Shown here piece after piece: positions 1 to 13,700 of a stretch of DNA of 64,000 nt. The translations under genes and the position numbers were made by a program. How positions within the stretch are numbered: position 1 is the first letter of the stretch; the number at the start of each line of letters is the position of its first letter. Origin of the DNA: Klebsormidium nitens (Eukaryota > Plantae > Klebsormidiophyceae); the NCBI GenBank assembly GCA_000708835.1, contig DF237008.1:196235-260234 (forward strand), read 5' to 3'. Below the pieces are notes generated by a model that saw only the letters and a program-made list of their open reading frames with translations, made no database searches and was not told the DNA's origin.

Positions 1-1326
1 TCGGGTTTCCTTAATTCCCCAGTACCACTCACGAAGTAACAAAGCACGTGCTGATCGGTAGCCGCCACTGGGCTTGACTTTGAGCAACGAGAGGGCGCAG
101 TCTAACGAATTTCTGCCCAAATATGAATCTTCTATAGGAGGAGCGTACTGCTAGCTAGCTGTGGTCAATGAGGACAGCATCTCAGACGGAATACAATGTA
201 GCTTTGTAGGCTTCGGTTTACTTAAATCTATCTTGTTGCTTTCAGGGTCCCAGTTAATTCGGTGGCCAGCTTGTTGGATGGGGGGATGGGCACTCAACTC
301 TGTTGCCCAACGCTTGAAGTCTTTGTTGGATGAAGCCTCTTTCCTTGCTGTCTGTCGTCTTCGTTCGGCTATTTCTGCTTGACCTCTTTTAGGTTCAGCG
401 AGAGCCAAGCAAGTACTCTATCCACCCACCACAGAGATTGCGTGCTTCCAAATGCTAGAGCTGCATAATGCGCTATTTAGGCGGCACTGTAACACGCGGA
501 TTGCAGCAATGGCGCGCAGTCTTCTCATGACGAGCGCGCCGTGGCAGGACGTTCTCAAAGAGCTTGAGAGGCACTTTATTTCACATCGTGTTCTCTCTGG
601 GTCCATCGTGTTGCACGTTTTGATCATCGAGAACACGCTGTCTCGATCAAAGCTATGAGACATCACGGCTGGGGGTCAAATTCAGGACGTTTGTCACATA
701 GCTCCTTCTGAAGCCAACGGGAAGCGGTAATTCACTGAAAATTCCTTTCAGAACGACCCAAGGAGCCTCCACCAGACTTTCGAGAAGTTACAGACAATCT
801 GATAGCTGGACAATAAAGCAGCCGCCCAATATTTCACACGCAAATTAGCAGTTAGCCGGCCAGGATTTGTTCAACAAGAGTCACCGGTTCGCTTTGCCGA
901 ACATCCCTGAGCGACAAATGGACCAACGACCTTAATTTCATACAACTTGGGCAGCTTGCTTAATCATCCGTGCTATGTGCTCTCCTCGCGTCACAACCTT
1001 TAAAACTTTAGGTCTGGTGGACGCCAGACTGAGGACTTCAAGGTAATTGTAGAGTGAGAATCTCCAATTGGCTCGTCTGCGTCATAAAGCTCCATAAGGA
1101 CTACTAATAGGGCGGCAGTGATGATCCCTGGAAGTGACCTTAAGCCAGTCACTTGAGGGAGACAAGTCACACACTCGAGCCTCCTTCTAGTCGTAGAGTC
1201 CACTTAGTGTGGGAGTCGAGTTTGTGAGTCTGTCTATTCTTTAGGTATGGGGGGCATGACACATTGGGTTACAATGTGGCCTCTCGAAGCCCTGCAGTCA
1301 CTACAAGAAAGCCTTTGTCGGAGCCA

Positions 1327-1495
1327 GGTCCGAATCAGGTCCGAACTGACGTGCGGTTCGGATCCGGTTCGGAGTACAGGTTCAGATCTGTTTCGGACAC
1401 GTTTCGGACTGTGCCAGACATGTGGCGCTGTTGTTTCGGACCTGTTTCAACTAGATTCGGACATCGACGTTCGAACTTGATTCGGACCAAGTACG
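1327..1495. repeat. Low-complexity array of TTCGGA/TCCGAA-type motifs, possibly a non-autonomous TE remnant
   Basis: Irregularly spaced TTCGGA-like motifs recur many times in ~170 bp (gttcggatcc, gttcggag, tttcggac x3, attcggac x2). No termini or target-site duplication identified. Confidence 0.5.
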
Positions 1496-4400
1496 GTCGC
1501 TTCGCGGCAGGAATTTGAGAACGAATTTTGTAAACCGGTTTCTAGCTTGAGGCCATCGAATACGCAACGCTCCGCTGAGAACGACGCTCGCGCCTCGCGA
1601 AGGCTGTGAGGAAATCCAATCTGGGTTGCAATTCATGGGGGTGAAGATAAGACTCCTAATCCGAAGCCAACAACGGCTAAGCCCACAATCGCTCTTAGCT
1701 AAAAACAATGTAAGTCCTATCAGATTGACATGCAGCACTGCTACGTCAGAATTACATCTGCTGCCAGATGAAGAAGGTCAGTCTCGATTATTATGCAAAA
1801 GCGAATCACATCCACCCGGGTCTTCTTCGAAACCCCCTTCGTGTTGCCTAAAACATCAACGCGCATCGCTGCGCAGCAAACTGATGATACTTTCAACTCT
1901 ACTTAAGTTGGGCTTAGACAGTCATTAGGTACTATCAGCTCTTCGTACCCGTTGGCAAGCATTTGAGATCTCTCTTTCTTCCTGCTTAGCTGCCACGCTA
2001 AGAGACTCCAGAGAGCCTGTTATCAAAGCTCCCCCAGTCGTCTCCTCTCTACAATCCCGACTCGGGTCTTGTTCAATGAGCCCACTTGCGCTGATTCAAG
2101 ATCTTTAGAGATCTTCATCTGAGGAGAGCTTCATGTTTGAGAAATCGTTAACTGACCAAGTCTTTCGTCCGCACCTGATTTCGCTGCTTCTCTGAACGTT
2201 CGCAGAGAGAATCCCACGCGGCATCTTGGCCTAAGAAAGATATGATTCGCGGGTTCTCTAGGTCTTAGCCAAAGAAGGAATTGTTCATGTCCCAGGACTT
2301 TGCGCTTTTCGTTCTCACTCCAGGACCTGGGAGTTAGAGTCTGGGGGTTTTCGGATTGGACAATGTGGTCGTAAGTCCTTCAAACTGAAACAAAAGCAAT
2401 GAAATGGCCACATGCTCAGGCGTCCGAACTGTGCTTCTTTGATGCCGCGTATCTCTTCTTTCGCTTTTTTCCCGCCTAGCTGTGCTGTTGGCCGTTGGAG
2501 TTCTGGTCTGGGCCAATGATCAATCTTACGCCTCGCATCAATAATAGGGAAGCGCGTGCTTCCCCCACGCGCCTCGAATTCAATACCCTTCACGAATATA
2601 TGAAATTTTCTGGAGGCCGGCTTTTTTTATTAATGAATTGGCAATGAAGGATTTTGCTTTGAGCCCACTGTTTGGCCCAAATGTCGTCAGCTTTTCTATG
2701 GCTGAAGCCAAATCTTCGTAGAAAAACCAAAGCTTGGGTCATTATTACAGGCGAGGCACTCAACTTGTGCGGGCAGAACAAAAACTTCATGGAAAGATTG
2801 TGTACGTAGCGCTTTCATTGCCGAGCTTATAAACCCATATAGCCAGCTTGTGAGCCGCCTTGACACTTGAAAGCGAACCGCTTAAGGGCAAAGGACTCTT
2901 GACATGTCTTGGAGTACAAAAATGCTCGATCCGACACGAGTAACCAGATCATCCTCGTTCCCCTTCTGCATTCTTCCGTATTGAGGTGCAGTCTCGACCT
3001 TACCACGTCGAAAAAATCCATCCTAAGGATACGTCGAATCTAATTGGTCTAAGGCTTTTCCACATGAAGGTAGTGGCAATGATGCTTGTTTGCTGAGGCA
3101 TCTTCTCAGACCAGCTTGAACTGCTCACGTTGATGCCTGACTAGAGGATATTCTACTGAACCACTTCAATCTCGCACGCCACGCAATCGACGTTCGAGTC
3201 ATCTTGTGAGTGGGTGCCGTTTCCTTCCCGTCTCCGAGAGACTTGGCAGTGTCTCGGACTGCTCTGAGCTCTCGTTGCTTACTGCCGCCTCTTTCTAATA
3301 AATCTTCATTCATTTACTACTCCGCATCGATGTCCCCAGTCGCCAGTACGAGCGCCTCTGTCTCTAACATTACGGATGATCATCAGCTTCTCATCGGTGC
3401 AAACGTATCTTTGTCTGGTGCCAACCCTATTTAGATGAGTTTGATTGACCTCGTTTGTTGCCTCGCCCACGATATGTGCAAATCACACCAGCTCTGATTG
3501 ATTTGATCTGATACTGGCTCTGACGACGAGGAACTGGGGTTTACTCCCAAAAGCCGAATTGTCCTTTCCGGTGCACAACCATCGCCGTTTACTGCTGTAA
3601 AGAGATAACACTTGGTCTTCAAAGCAGCCACAATTTCTTTGGAACCTGCTGCACATCGTTTGGATGCCCGCGACTGCCTTTCGCCGTGGCAAAAAGCGAG
3701 CTCTGTAGAGGAAATTCACTTCGATACATTCGTGGGCCTCCAATTGACTGCTGGGCTTTTGAACGCGGAGGGTCCGGGTTTGACACCTGAGCTCCCAGTC
3801 TAGCATCTGCAGTGAATCCTGGCTGACATTCTTCCTACTCTAGAGGGAATCTTACTGAGTGATAACACGCAATCTCCTCCCTGGGCTTGGCTAGAACTCC
3901 CATATGGCTTAGAGTAAAAGATTGGCCAGATCTATTATGAACACCAGCGGAGTCCTTGAACGCTTTGCCTAAATCGTGGTGCCTGCAATAGCCATCTAAG
4001 AGCTTCGTCTCTGACCCTCAGTCAGTGCAGTCGTCGTCCGACCTGCATCCTTGCTCCACAGTGTCGTGCACGGCCGCCACAAGGCCCTCCCTTCTGCTAA
4101 AGCTTCCCACCCCGATCCGCTCGCAGAAGTGCCGTCTCTACTTCTCGAGCTCAGCCCGCTTGATTCGCCAAAACCGATCTCCTCTGCTTGGGCTATCCCT
4201 CGAGCATCGAGCGCCGAGCCGGAGCCGCTAGCATCAGTGGTGAAGGACACATGGCGGCTCCTCATTGGCCACATGGGTCCTGGAAACGGCGTCCAGATGG
4301 GCCGAGAAACGAAAGGCGGAAAGAACCGTGACATCACTAATTAGAGCACCCATCACAGCGGAAAGAGGGAGCACGCTTTTAGGTGGGCCGATTGGATGTC

Positions 4401-6791
4401 ATCGCAATCTATTGAGCTGATTCATGGATTGCACGGCGAGGATCTCACCTGCCGTTTGACGGGTGCCTGAATCAAGTACAACAATAGAGTATGGGCAAAA
4501 AGGGAACTGTCTTGTATCGGCATGTCACGATGGTTTTACAGCTTTCCTCGATGCCCATCTCAGGTGCGTGGCAGTTTGAATGTGGCGCTCTGACTCTCCG
4601 ATTTGTCCCTTGGTCAATACCCACACTGTTTGCATCCGTGTTCCAATTGGAGGCACATGGTGGCCCAGCATATCCCGTCCAAAATTCAACTCCAACTTCA
4701 ACCAGATCAAACTCGTGCTGGATTACATGTAACGAAACCGACATTCCTTGGATTTTCAAAAGCCATAGGATTATACTCTGGGTTTTATCTCATGGGCTCG
4801 GACCCATGTCGTTGTCTTAGAAGTACATGCTCTCCGATTCTGAGGCGTTGGACCACATCACGCGTTCTTTCGGCAGAATCTTTTCACCCTTCCGAGATCT
4901 TTATCACTTGGTTATCCACTATCAATCTCTGTCATGTCTGCTCGATAAAATACAAGTCACTCTAGTAAGCTGTTGAGCCCGTTGAACTGCCTCTGCTTCT
5001 GTATGTTTATGAGGCCGTGAAGATATCAGGCAGTGGGCACGTGGCAAGGTCGCCCAGGAGGGAAGCCCTGATCAGTTGAAGCCATAAACTTATCATTGCC
5101 GTCCGCATCTTCTTTTTTCTCTGTCCTTGTAACTAGCACTCAGGTTCGAGCTTTAACCAGAGAGGCAACGTGTTTCCCATGACAAACGCCTTTTCTAATC
5201 AGTCAGTAAAGCTCGCAGGGGACGTTTTGTGTTGCTGTCTTATTTACAAAGCAATCTATTGGTCGTGGCCTGGTAAAACCACATATTAGACTTGGACCTA
5301 TGCAAGATAAGAGCCCTCGAGTACGCGAAGTTCCGAAAAGTGAGAGACAAAATCGCATTGGCGATGAAACCCGGAGGCTGGCGGTCAACATTCGTACCCT
5401 TCTCGATCTCACTTGCTCTGAAGCCAAAGTGGTCTGACACTCATTCGCTATGAAGAGAAAGAGCTTCTGGGGCTTCCAACTTAGAGTGCACCTCCCGAGT
5501 CGTTCGTAGCAAATGACTATCGAATGTCGCCTAGGAGTGTGTCTCCTTGGAGGAAGTGATCCCGGGGCCGTGCGGTTTGCTGCTGACGAAATAAAGATTT
5601 CTTCGAGTCACATCAAGTTGAACTCTCCTGATGCCCCAGAGCGCTCCCGACTCCTTCCGCTTGCATCCGAAATCGTCCGCGGTTCGTTTAAGTGGGTGTC
5701 CAGAATGCAGACGTGAGTGGAAGCTTTTGGTTTGACCAAGTCGTCCTATTCGACAAGGAAAAGTTGGAACAAAAGTAGGGGCTGTCGCCCAAACGCAGAG
5801 GCTGTGAGGGCACTGGATGGGGCTCACTAGAAGGGAAGATCCCAAATGTGGCCTTAGGACTCTCTTCTGATGCCTTTTCTGGTTGCTCGTTAAATTCCGC
5901 GTTCACGGCTGACTTTCTGGTCAAGTAGCAGTGAACAATGCTCTGCTGAGTGCAAGATACATCCAATACTACTAGCCTTCTCTAAAATACAAGCCATTAG
6001 GCGCGGCGGCTGGGATCTCATAGCTGCCGCCATGAATGGTCGAACGAGTAGAGCTATTTTCTCAAGCAGTTGCCGCAGCAATTGCTCGTCTCGGTACCAG
6101 AAGTTGCTGACTTACCCAATGATAGGGTTCCGGGCGCTTTCAGGGCGCTCCTCTCCGGTCCTGCGTAGGCCATAATACAGACTACCGTTGCTGCGAAAGT
6201 TCGGTGACTCACAATCAAACTCTGGTATCTTACTCCGTCATAAGACGCTGTGTGCACCTTATCTATGCTCCGAGATGAAACCTGAGAGGTTACGCTCCCT
6301 CTCTGTGTCCGCGGGGATCTCGACGAGCAGACAGATGTTGAGAAGTGTCCATGATTCTGACAGCAACTTCCCTTGTGCAATTTTGTAGTCGCAAGTCGTT
6401 GCCCAGACCTGACTTCCTCTTCTCAAGCCATTCGACTTCTTTCAGACTTTTTTGTGACCCGCCCAGGAAGCGAGGCATCAATTTGGGCGTGAAAGGAACA
6501 GCTGCCCAAAAATCTACCTCAAACAGTTGCTGAGGCCTGCCCGCTCGTGCTCTTGCTTTCCATCTGCCTCTGACGCTTTGCTTGTTCTATCCAGCTTGTA
6601 TTCGACCTTTTTTTTAGTGGCAGGGGGAAATGAAACAGAGATACTCTAGAAACCCTCATGCTGCCAGTTTCGGAGTCGGAAAGTCAGTACTGTTCCTGCT
6701 TTGTCCTTCAGATGCTGACGAACAAGGATTCGTACCGGTAGGTGATCCAGAGGATGACGTATAACACGTCAGCGTGATTGACGTTCTTCTT

Positions 6792-6933
6792 GACCATCTG
6801 AGCAGTCACCACCTGCTCCAATGATAAAATCCATCAGATCACACTCATGGCCGACGTGGTCTTGACGTCTGCTAGACCATCTGAGCAGTCACAGCTTGCT
6901 CCAGTGACAGAGTTATTCAGATTACACTCATGG
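6792..6933. repeat. Diverged tandem duplication, period 83 bp
   Basis: GACCATCTGAGCAGTCAC at 6792 and 6875, each followed by ...GCTCCA.TGA.A.A...TCAGAT.ACACTCATGG. Confidence 0.85.
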
Positions 6934-8170
6934 GACGGTGGTGGATCGTCAATCAAAAGCGGGGGACAGCCGCTCTAAGATTCAATATGTTATCCTCGCG
7001 TGATCTGACAATCAAGGCGCGCAGGAATTTGAATTCAAATGTAGAGGTCCCAGCGCATTCCAAAGGACAATGACGTACAAGTGCTTGGGCTCGACTCTCC
7101 GCCCTGCCCATTCATGTGTTGCGATAGATGACGCCACGTTTGTCCCCGATTCCTGACAAAGGGTGGGCCGGAGATGATCACTGCGAAATTTTTTGAAGTG
7201 CTGACAAGCTGCAGATCAACAAAATCTTGATGGACATAGGCCGCGCCCCCAGTCTTGACCCCACGGGTTATCTGCCCGTGCTACAGCTGCTATCCGCAAT
7301 CGTCCTGTCTCTGGGGTCAAAGCGCCTTGAATTCCAAAGCCTCGGCGACGCTTTGTGAATGCCGCTTACAAGTCTTGCGCACGATCAGGCACGTTACCAT
7401 TCCATGCTGGACTGTTCCGTTCTCGAGAAGTTTTCTTGAAGTACTTGCTCAACGCTTCCTTTGAAGAACCTTAGAAACCCCAGTTCTCACGTCCAGACTC
7501 GCCCGCCAGCGATCGCAAAGTAAGGCGACGGGAAAGGGCAATCTCCTTGAAGCGGCGACAATGTAACATCTATTCTCGTGCACAGAAGACAGGCGAGCAT
7601 TCAGGACCGGGTAGATGGACGACCGAGTGTCAATTGATTATATACTTCCTCCGCAGCTTGACTGCTTCCTCCAAACTTTGATCATCATCGAGTCTTTTAT
7701 CTCGTGTCACAGCCTTTAATACTTCTGATCTTGACTCTAGTCCAGACAATCATAATTCCACTTCCGTTTCATTCCCTACCATTGCATCGCTTTCAAGTTG
7801 GGCCCTCTATTGCTCAAGGAGCGCAACGTCGCTCAGTCAAATTTTGCTCAGCCTAATCTCAAAGTGGTGTAAAGAATTCTCGAGATCTTTCACAGCGTCT
7901 CTCTCTCCAGGTCCGTTTGTGGCCATGACGACGGCACGTCTGCGGTGTTATATCAAAGCACCTGCAGAGGTTATTTTCCGCTTTGACGTTCTGATGCTGC
8001 ACGAGACGTGTCCTTGAAACAATGCAACGGACTCGATTGGCACTAGTTTGGGCACAGCTTAGCCGTTTGGATCTATGAAAAGAGAACTCCTTCCCAGGAG
8101 GCTGCCGGCCTTCCGACCGTAACTATAGCACAGTACAAGGGACATAGCATAGTGGGTGACTCATTTCGTG

Positions 8171-8218
8171 TTGTCGATAAGTTGAGGTTGAAGCTTGTCG
8201 ATAAGTTGAGGTTGAAGC
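8171..8218. repeat. 24-bp tandem repeat x2
   Basis: TTGTCGATAAGTTGAGGTTGAAGC occurs twice in tandem. Confidence 0.9.
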
Positions 8219-8410
8219 TCCTGTTCTTGCAAGTCTTGTCCTACCAATTTTTGACTGCCCCGTGAGCACCGTTTCGCCGCCAGTGATTTCTGCCCGAACG
8301 GGGCGCCGGCCCGAAGACGAGACGTTCCGCCAGACTTGCTGCGACTTGATTGAGTTCTGTTCTGGTCTCGCCGGTTTCTTTAAAGGGAAAGTAAGCCTGG
8401 CGACCAATCG

Positions 8411-8484
8411 TGTCACAAATCAAGGCAGGAAGTTTGTCACAAATCAAGGCAGGAAGTTTGTCACAAATCAAGGCAGGAAGTTTG
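8411..8484. repeat. 24-bp perfect tandem repeat x3
   Basis: TGTCACAAATCAAGGCAGGAAGTT at 8411, 8435 and 8459. Confidence 0.95.
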
Positions 8485-8767
8485 CAGCGAGATTTCGAGG
8501 TGCGGCTTGCTCTAAGTGGATTGTCGTCCGATGTCTCAATCGTAGTAGCTGGAGTCCCTCAAACAATCTTGCTTCTCGGCAGTATTCTTGACATATTGCG
8601 GCATTACAACCTAGCTACTCAACGAAGTAATTCGCGTTTTCCAACGAGACTTTTCTAATGCAGAAAGGAGAGATCTCAGGGGCCTTCCTGTTTTTACTCG
8701 TACTGCGCCACGTGTCCTGCAGGTGACGCACGCAGCGGGCGCGTTCAAATATTTGACGGCAGACGAG

Positions 8768-9080
8768 ATGGCGGCGGCCAACGCCGCCCTCATTGTCGGA
8801 ATCTTCAGTTGCCTTGCCCTTCCTGCCGCAGGTGAGAAGTTTAAGGTTTCGCGTCGATTCAAGTTGCTAGCGTCCTCAATGTTCCATCTGCGGTCCCATT
8901 ACAAGAATGTACATTTCAGCTCCAGCTAGCATCTGTTCTTCAAGCACACAGTACAGCGTTGAATTAGTTGGCAATTTCTCATTGCTGAAGAAAATCGCAG
9001 GTGGGCTGTCACTCCTCTCGATCGGCGCGAAAGCTGACGACGTTCTACCGGTCGAGAGTTGTCGTCTAGCTGGCATATAG
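8768..9080 (+). CDS. Possible tiny two-exon hydrophobic/signal-peptide ORF (47 aa), or the start of a decayed gene
   Basis: Exon 8768-8831 (MAAANAALIVGIFSCLALPAA, donor G|GTGAGA) joins in phase to 9001-9080 (cgcag|GTGGGCTG..., GGLSLLSIGAKADDVLPVESCRLAGI*). No homologue recognised. Confidence 0.25.
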
Positions 9081-10754
9081 TCTTGCCTCTTCATGAACGG
9101 CTGCACTTGAGCCGCACGCCGACTACTACGTCGCTGAGTGCAGCCTTTGAAAACCAGTCGGACATGAGTCTTTGGCAGAAACGAAGCAGCGCTTTCAGCG
9201 TTTGCAGTGCCTCGGAAGGATGCGTTTCCTGAGCGCGTAGACACGTTCGTCGTAGATACCTTCACTGCGTCAGCATCAGGAAAGGCACTGCGCTCGGATT
9301 TAAGGCGACCGTCGGACGTATCAACGTACACTCCCTGAGAAGCAACTGTTTCCTGGAACCAGTCCGGCAAACAATTCTATTCGTTCTGTGTGCTGATTGA
9401 AGTTTGTGCCATGATTCGTTCGAAGGTTCCGGTCAAAGTCGCAGTGGCACTTACGGCAATCTGGGTCCATCAGAACTGATCGGCCAAAGATTGGACATGG
9501 ACCAGCCGACTCGGAGGGGTCTATATTTATGAAGGACTGGAACGATATCAAAATGCTCAGTGTTTGCGGCTTGTGCTTGCAGGGTGCATGCATGAAGTCC
9601 TCCCAGTCGGAGGGGACAAGTGACGTACTGGTTAAATTTGTTTCTTAGAGGGATCAACTATCTCTCCTATCCTTCCACCGTTCAGCGGTCGGGCTAAGTT
9701 GACGAAGCAGGAGTCCAATGATGGTAAAGTAACGGACGGGTCCTACCACCTCGCCTCAATTTGCCTCTGGCCATCGGCTGCAATAATGAAAAGCTCGGGA
9801 GATCGCTACATTGACAGGCAAGGACGACAAATGGTCGCATGTGTGTAGCTTTGAAGGGCTCTCGCGAACTTCCGATTAATATCATTAGCAGAACGTTTGT
9901 ACGGCTCTTCATCATGCCAAAATCCGCTGGAACACAATTGGACTCTTTGATTCTCGAGTCATTCCGACCATGGATTATATAACTCATGCCCCATGCATGT
10001 CGATCAATTGCCAATTAAGACACGCTGCCCGCGCCGCAGGCTACACTGATACAAACATGCACGTATACGTTTATGCACTGCGTTGGGCATCCGACATGGT
10101 ACGGCCGCGGCGCGGATGCATCAAATTAGTACCGTACCCGATGGGGTAGATCTATATAAAATTAAAAATGCCCGTTCATGATATATATATCAAGTGGGCA
10201 TGTTCAAAAGGAACATGCATGTGTAGCCTTACAATATCGTTCATGATCCGAGTCACATCTCCCTATTGTACAAAAGTGTATGTCTTGCATGTCGATTCAC
10301 AGCGGCGGCAGCCCGCCAGGCTCGATCGCGCTCAAACTCGTGTGTGATCCACACACATGCAGGGCCACACTATATACTCAGCTAACCGCTCCTCAACAAC
10401 ATGTGACGGTTACATTAGGCACCCATCTAGTCGGAGCCTTGCATCATTGCATTGTGCACCTTGTCTCGAGTCTCGCCGCGCGGCAGGTGCCCCATCCCCA
10501 CTCAAAACAATTCTAGGGGCCAGCTTAATCAATGCTCATGATCGAGTAAGAGAGCTTCTTGGCACTCTTTGCTTAGAACAAGCGGTTGCACAAAGCTGTG
10601 CCGCGAATTCGTATCCCGTCTCTGCCGTATGCTTTTACATTATTCACATCAAAAATACGTTCCACCAGCGGCCACCAGCGCAGCTTTCGCGCCAGAAGCT
10701 GACAGCTCCTATGTGTCTTGACTTTCAACGACTCCCGCGGTTCCGAATCTACAT

Positions 10755-13700
10755 CTAGTATGTAAGCGAGGGCTCGAAAGAAGAGCCCATGTCAGTCGAC
10801 CCAGCCTCAACTGGCCGCATCAAGAAGAGGCCTAGCAGCTCTGAAGCAAAACCGGCAATGACGGGGATAAGCTTAACGTTTTGTACGAACTGGTTACCGC
10901 CGCTCCTCTTGATGGAGAGAAGCTTCTCATTCAGAATGCACAACCGGTCGAGGCCCTGCTGGAACTTGGGGTTCTCGACGTCCAACACGGCGGGGAAGAT
11001 GCGGGCGGTGGTCCTGTTAGTCTGCAGAAGAGAAGAACGACCAAACTGTCAGGTCCTATTAGTCTTTGCAAAACGGGAAATTGAAACACCAATGGAGAAG
11101 AAGACTCGATCCACGTCAATTGTCGAATTGAAACCGTGTGTGCAGTCTGGCTGTCCTTAACCCAATCTGCAGGAAGTGAATACTCTGTTTCCTTCACAAG
11201 ACAAGTCCAGACTGGGATGCCCCTGTCTCAAGCACTAAGCTTTGACCTCATACTTGGCTGGGCATAGCTCCTCAATGATGCAGAAGGGAGGCAGACCCCA
11301 AGCCTCTTTAACCCAACTCTGCTTGTAGCAACTAGGAGCTTCCGACATATGCTTCCGTGCACCCCAGGCTGAACAGCCGACATGCAGAAGATAAGCGTAC
11401 GGTTATGAAGCTTCCGCTTACCTCAATGATTACGTGCATGTCGAAGTCCCTAGTGTTAAGCCCAATTGACTCGTAGAAGCCAGTCCTCTGGGTATCGTTC
11501 AGGTACATGGTGACATACACCTGTGCGCGAGCGGGTCTGATGTCAGCCTTGTCTAAAGACTATGTAAAAGAGCGGACCCTTAAGCTGTACTCTTAAATAA
11601 AAGAAATGGCTCCTGCTTGCTACCAGATCTGCCGCCCCTTCCACCATTCCCAGCTCTGCAATTGGCGCTTCTCGGGCTTCTTCTTCCACTCGAGACCTTC
11701 TTCTGCTCTCGGTCAACTTTGCATGCATTAGTGCGTCAGTGAAAAACTCCTCTGCACTAGCGGACCGTTATACTGCAGGCTACTACACTACGGGCCATTT
11801 GTCTGGGGGCCACTCGCAAGCAAGTACTGAGCACTTGCAGTGAATGCTCAGAGTGAACGTGCATTCCCTATCCTGGAATCTGTTTCAGAGCACAGATCAG
11901 AGTCCCGCAAACAATTTGGACGCTAACAGTATGGGATTCGCAAATATTGTGGGCAACAGAAGGATGGTTGCGACATGACTGGACTCACCTTCAATATGCA
12001 ACAAAAGAGAAGCAGCGAATCAAAAGCACCAATCAAAAGCTGCCGTTCAAATCATCTAAGAGCAAGCCCAACCCGCCAAACTCCCAGCATAAACAGCTAC
12101 AATAGACCGAATGAAGCAGGCAGCGTCGAGGGACTCACAGAGAGGCAGAAGAAGCGTGACCAGAGCTTGGCCTTCCAGTCGTTGAGGAACTGCGGGGTGG
12201 ACTTGAGCAGCGCGGAGAAGAAGTCGCCGTGGCGGTTCTCGTCCTGGCACCAGTTCTCAAACTTCTTGAAGATGGGGTACAGCTGTTTGTCGGGGTTCTC
12301 CTTGAGGTGGCGGTAGATGGTGATGTAGCGCCAGTAGCCAATCTTCTCGGACAGGTACGTGGCGTAGAAGATGAACTTGGGCTTGAAGAAGGTGTACTTG
12401 CGCGTCTTGGTCAGGAACCCGAGGTCGAGCGCGAGGTTGAAGTCGGAGAGGGCCTTGTTCAGGAAGCTGCGGGAAGAGGGGGGCATGCAGGCTCAGGGGC
12501 GGGAATCTGGTATTCAAAGTCAATTGTCCAGACTCTATTCGGATTGAAAGAGGGGCCAGGAGTGTCTGTATTCCCCCTCATGAGGCCTCTCATCGGGGAG
12601 TTGCAGGGGTGCGCAAACCACTGAAGGAGCTTTCGTAGACAGAAAAACCAGCATTCTACATGAAAATCATCCCAGCAGAAGTACAAGCGTCGAGGTTGCA
12701 ACTTTTATTATTATGATTATGGCGCAACCAAACCTCGCAAACTTTGACCAAGAAAAGGCCTTGTGACAACAAAGGGAGGAGAGTCGGTGGAAAACCCTAG
12801 CGAAACAATATGACTTGCGATCAAGCGGAGAACTCTGGGTGGCCCTGCCTGAAATTGCAATTCCTTTGTAACAGAGACGAGGAAGATTCGCAACAGCGGC
12901 CAAGTCCTCGGCAATTGAAGAAGCTTGCACAGATGCCAACTCATAGATGGGGATACTGGAAAGCAAGTTCAAAGTACCACTTTGATGCAATCCCTCCTAT
13001 GCCTCTGATGCAAGCCCCCAGGTGGCAGGTTTCCAAGACCAAAACCCTAGCCCCTGACCAATCGGTTACGGCTCCTGTAAAGGCAAGCCTGACCTCGCCA
13101 CGCCATCTCTAGCACCCAGTCCAAGCATTAGGCTCGAAAGCTGCCCCCATTTCTTTCTGGTTCTTGGGCAAGAACCAACCAGATATTGGCCTCTGCAGCT
13201 CTGCCTGTACCAACTTTACCGACCAACTTGATTGGACTGATCTGCTTACGGCCACATTACAACCTCGATGGTGGGTGCGCCCTAAGAAGTACCTCCCCTC
13301 TAACCCCCTTGCAAACAGAGTGGTGACCAGATTGAGCAGGTGTCCCAATCTAGTTGCACCAAACTGTTGCAGGCTTTCCTCGCAGGTTTTCACTCCTCTG
13401 TGTGGCGTTAACCACCACAGTGAAATCTCACAGCACACATGCACTAGAACTGAGCATGTCTTCATGCCAGATATCCCGAATTTAAGCAATCTCAGAACTT
13501 TCATTTCAGAATATGAGCTCGCCGACAAGGATACCGCCGCAGCATCACCAAAAACAGGATCTTTCAAACACAAAAGAACGTGATCAATCGTACCGATGCA
13601 CGCAGGAACATATGGACTTCAGGAATACCGTGCAGAAGAGAAGCAGGGCTTTGAATGTAACCGAACAATTGGCAAGGGAGGACAACTTACCCAGCATGTC

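Noticed and set aside
990-1275. LTR-like segment (TGTAAC... on the minus strand)
   Set aside because: No CA end, second copy, primer-binding site, polypurine tract or target-site duplication found.
4971-5159. Possible copia-type solo LTR (TGTTGAG...TTTAACCA)
   Set aside because: Flanks do not form a target-site duplication and there is no partner copy in the window.
7630-7926. Apparent decayed coiled-coil ORF on the minus strand
   Set aside because: About 4 stops in ~100 codons is what random sequence gives, and no family motif was found.
12459-12701. 80-aa ORF reading into CHL27 exon 3
   Set aside because: Lies within intron 2 and is out of frame with the cyclase. The homologue-supported acceptor is at 12467.
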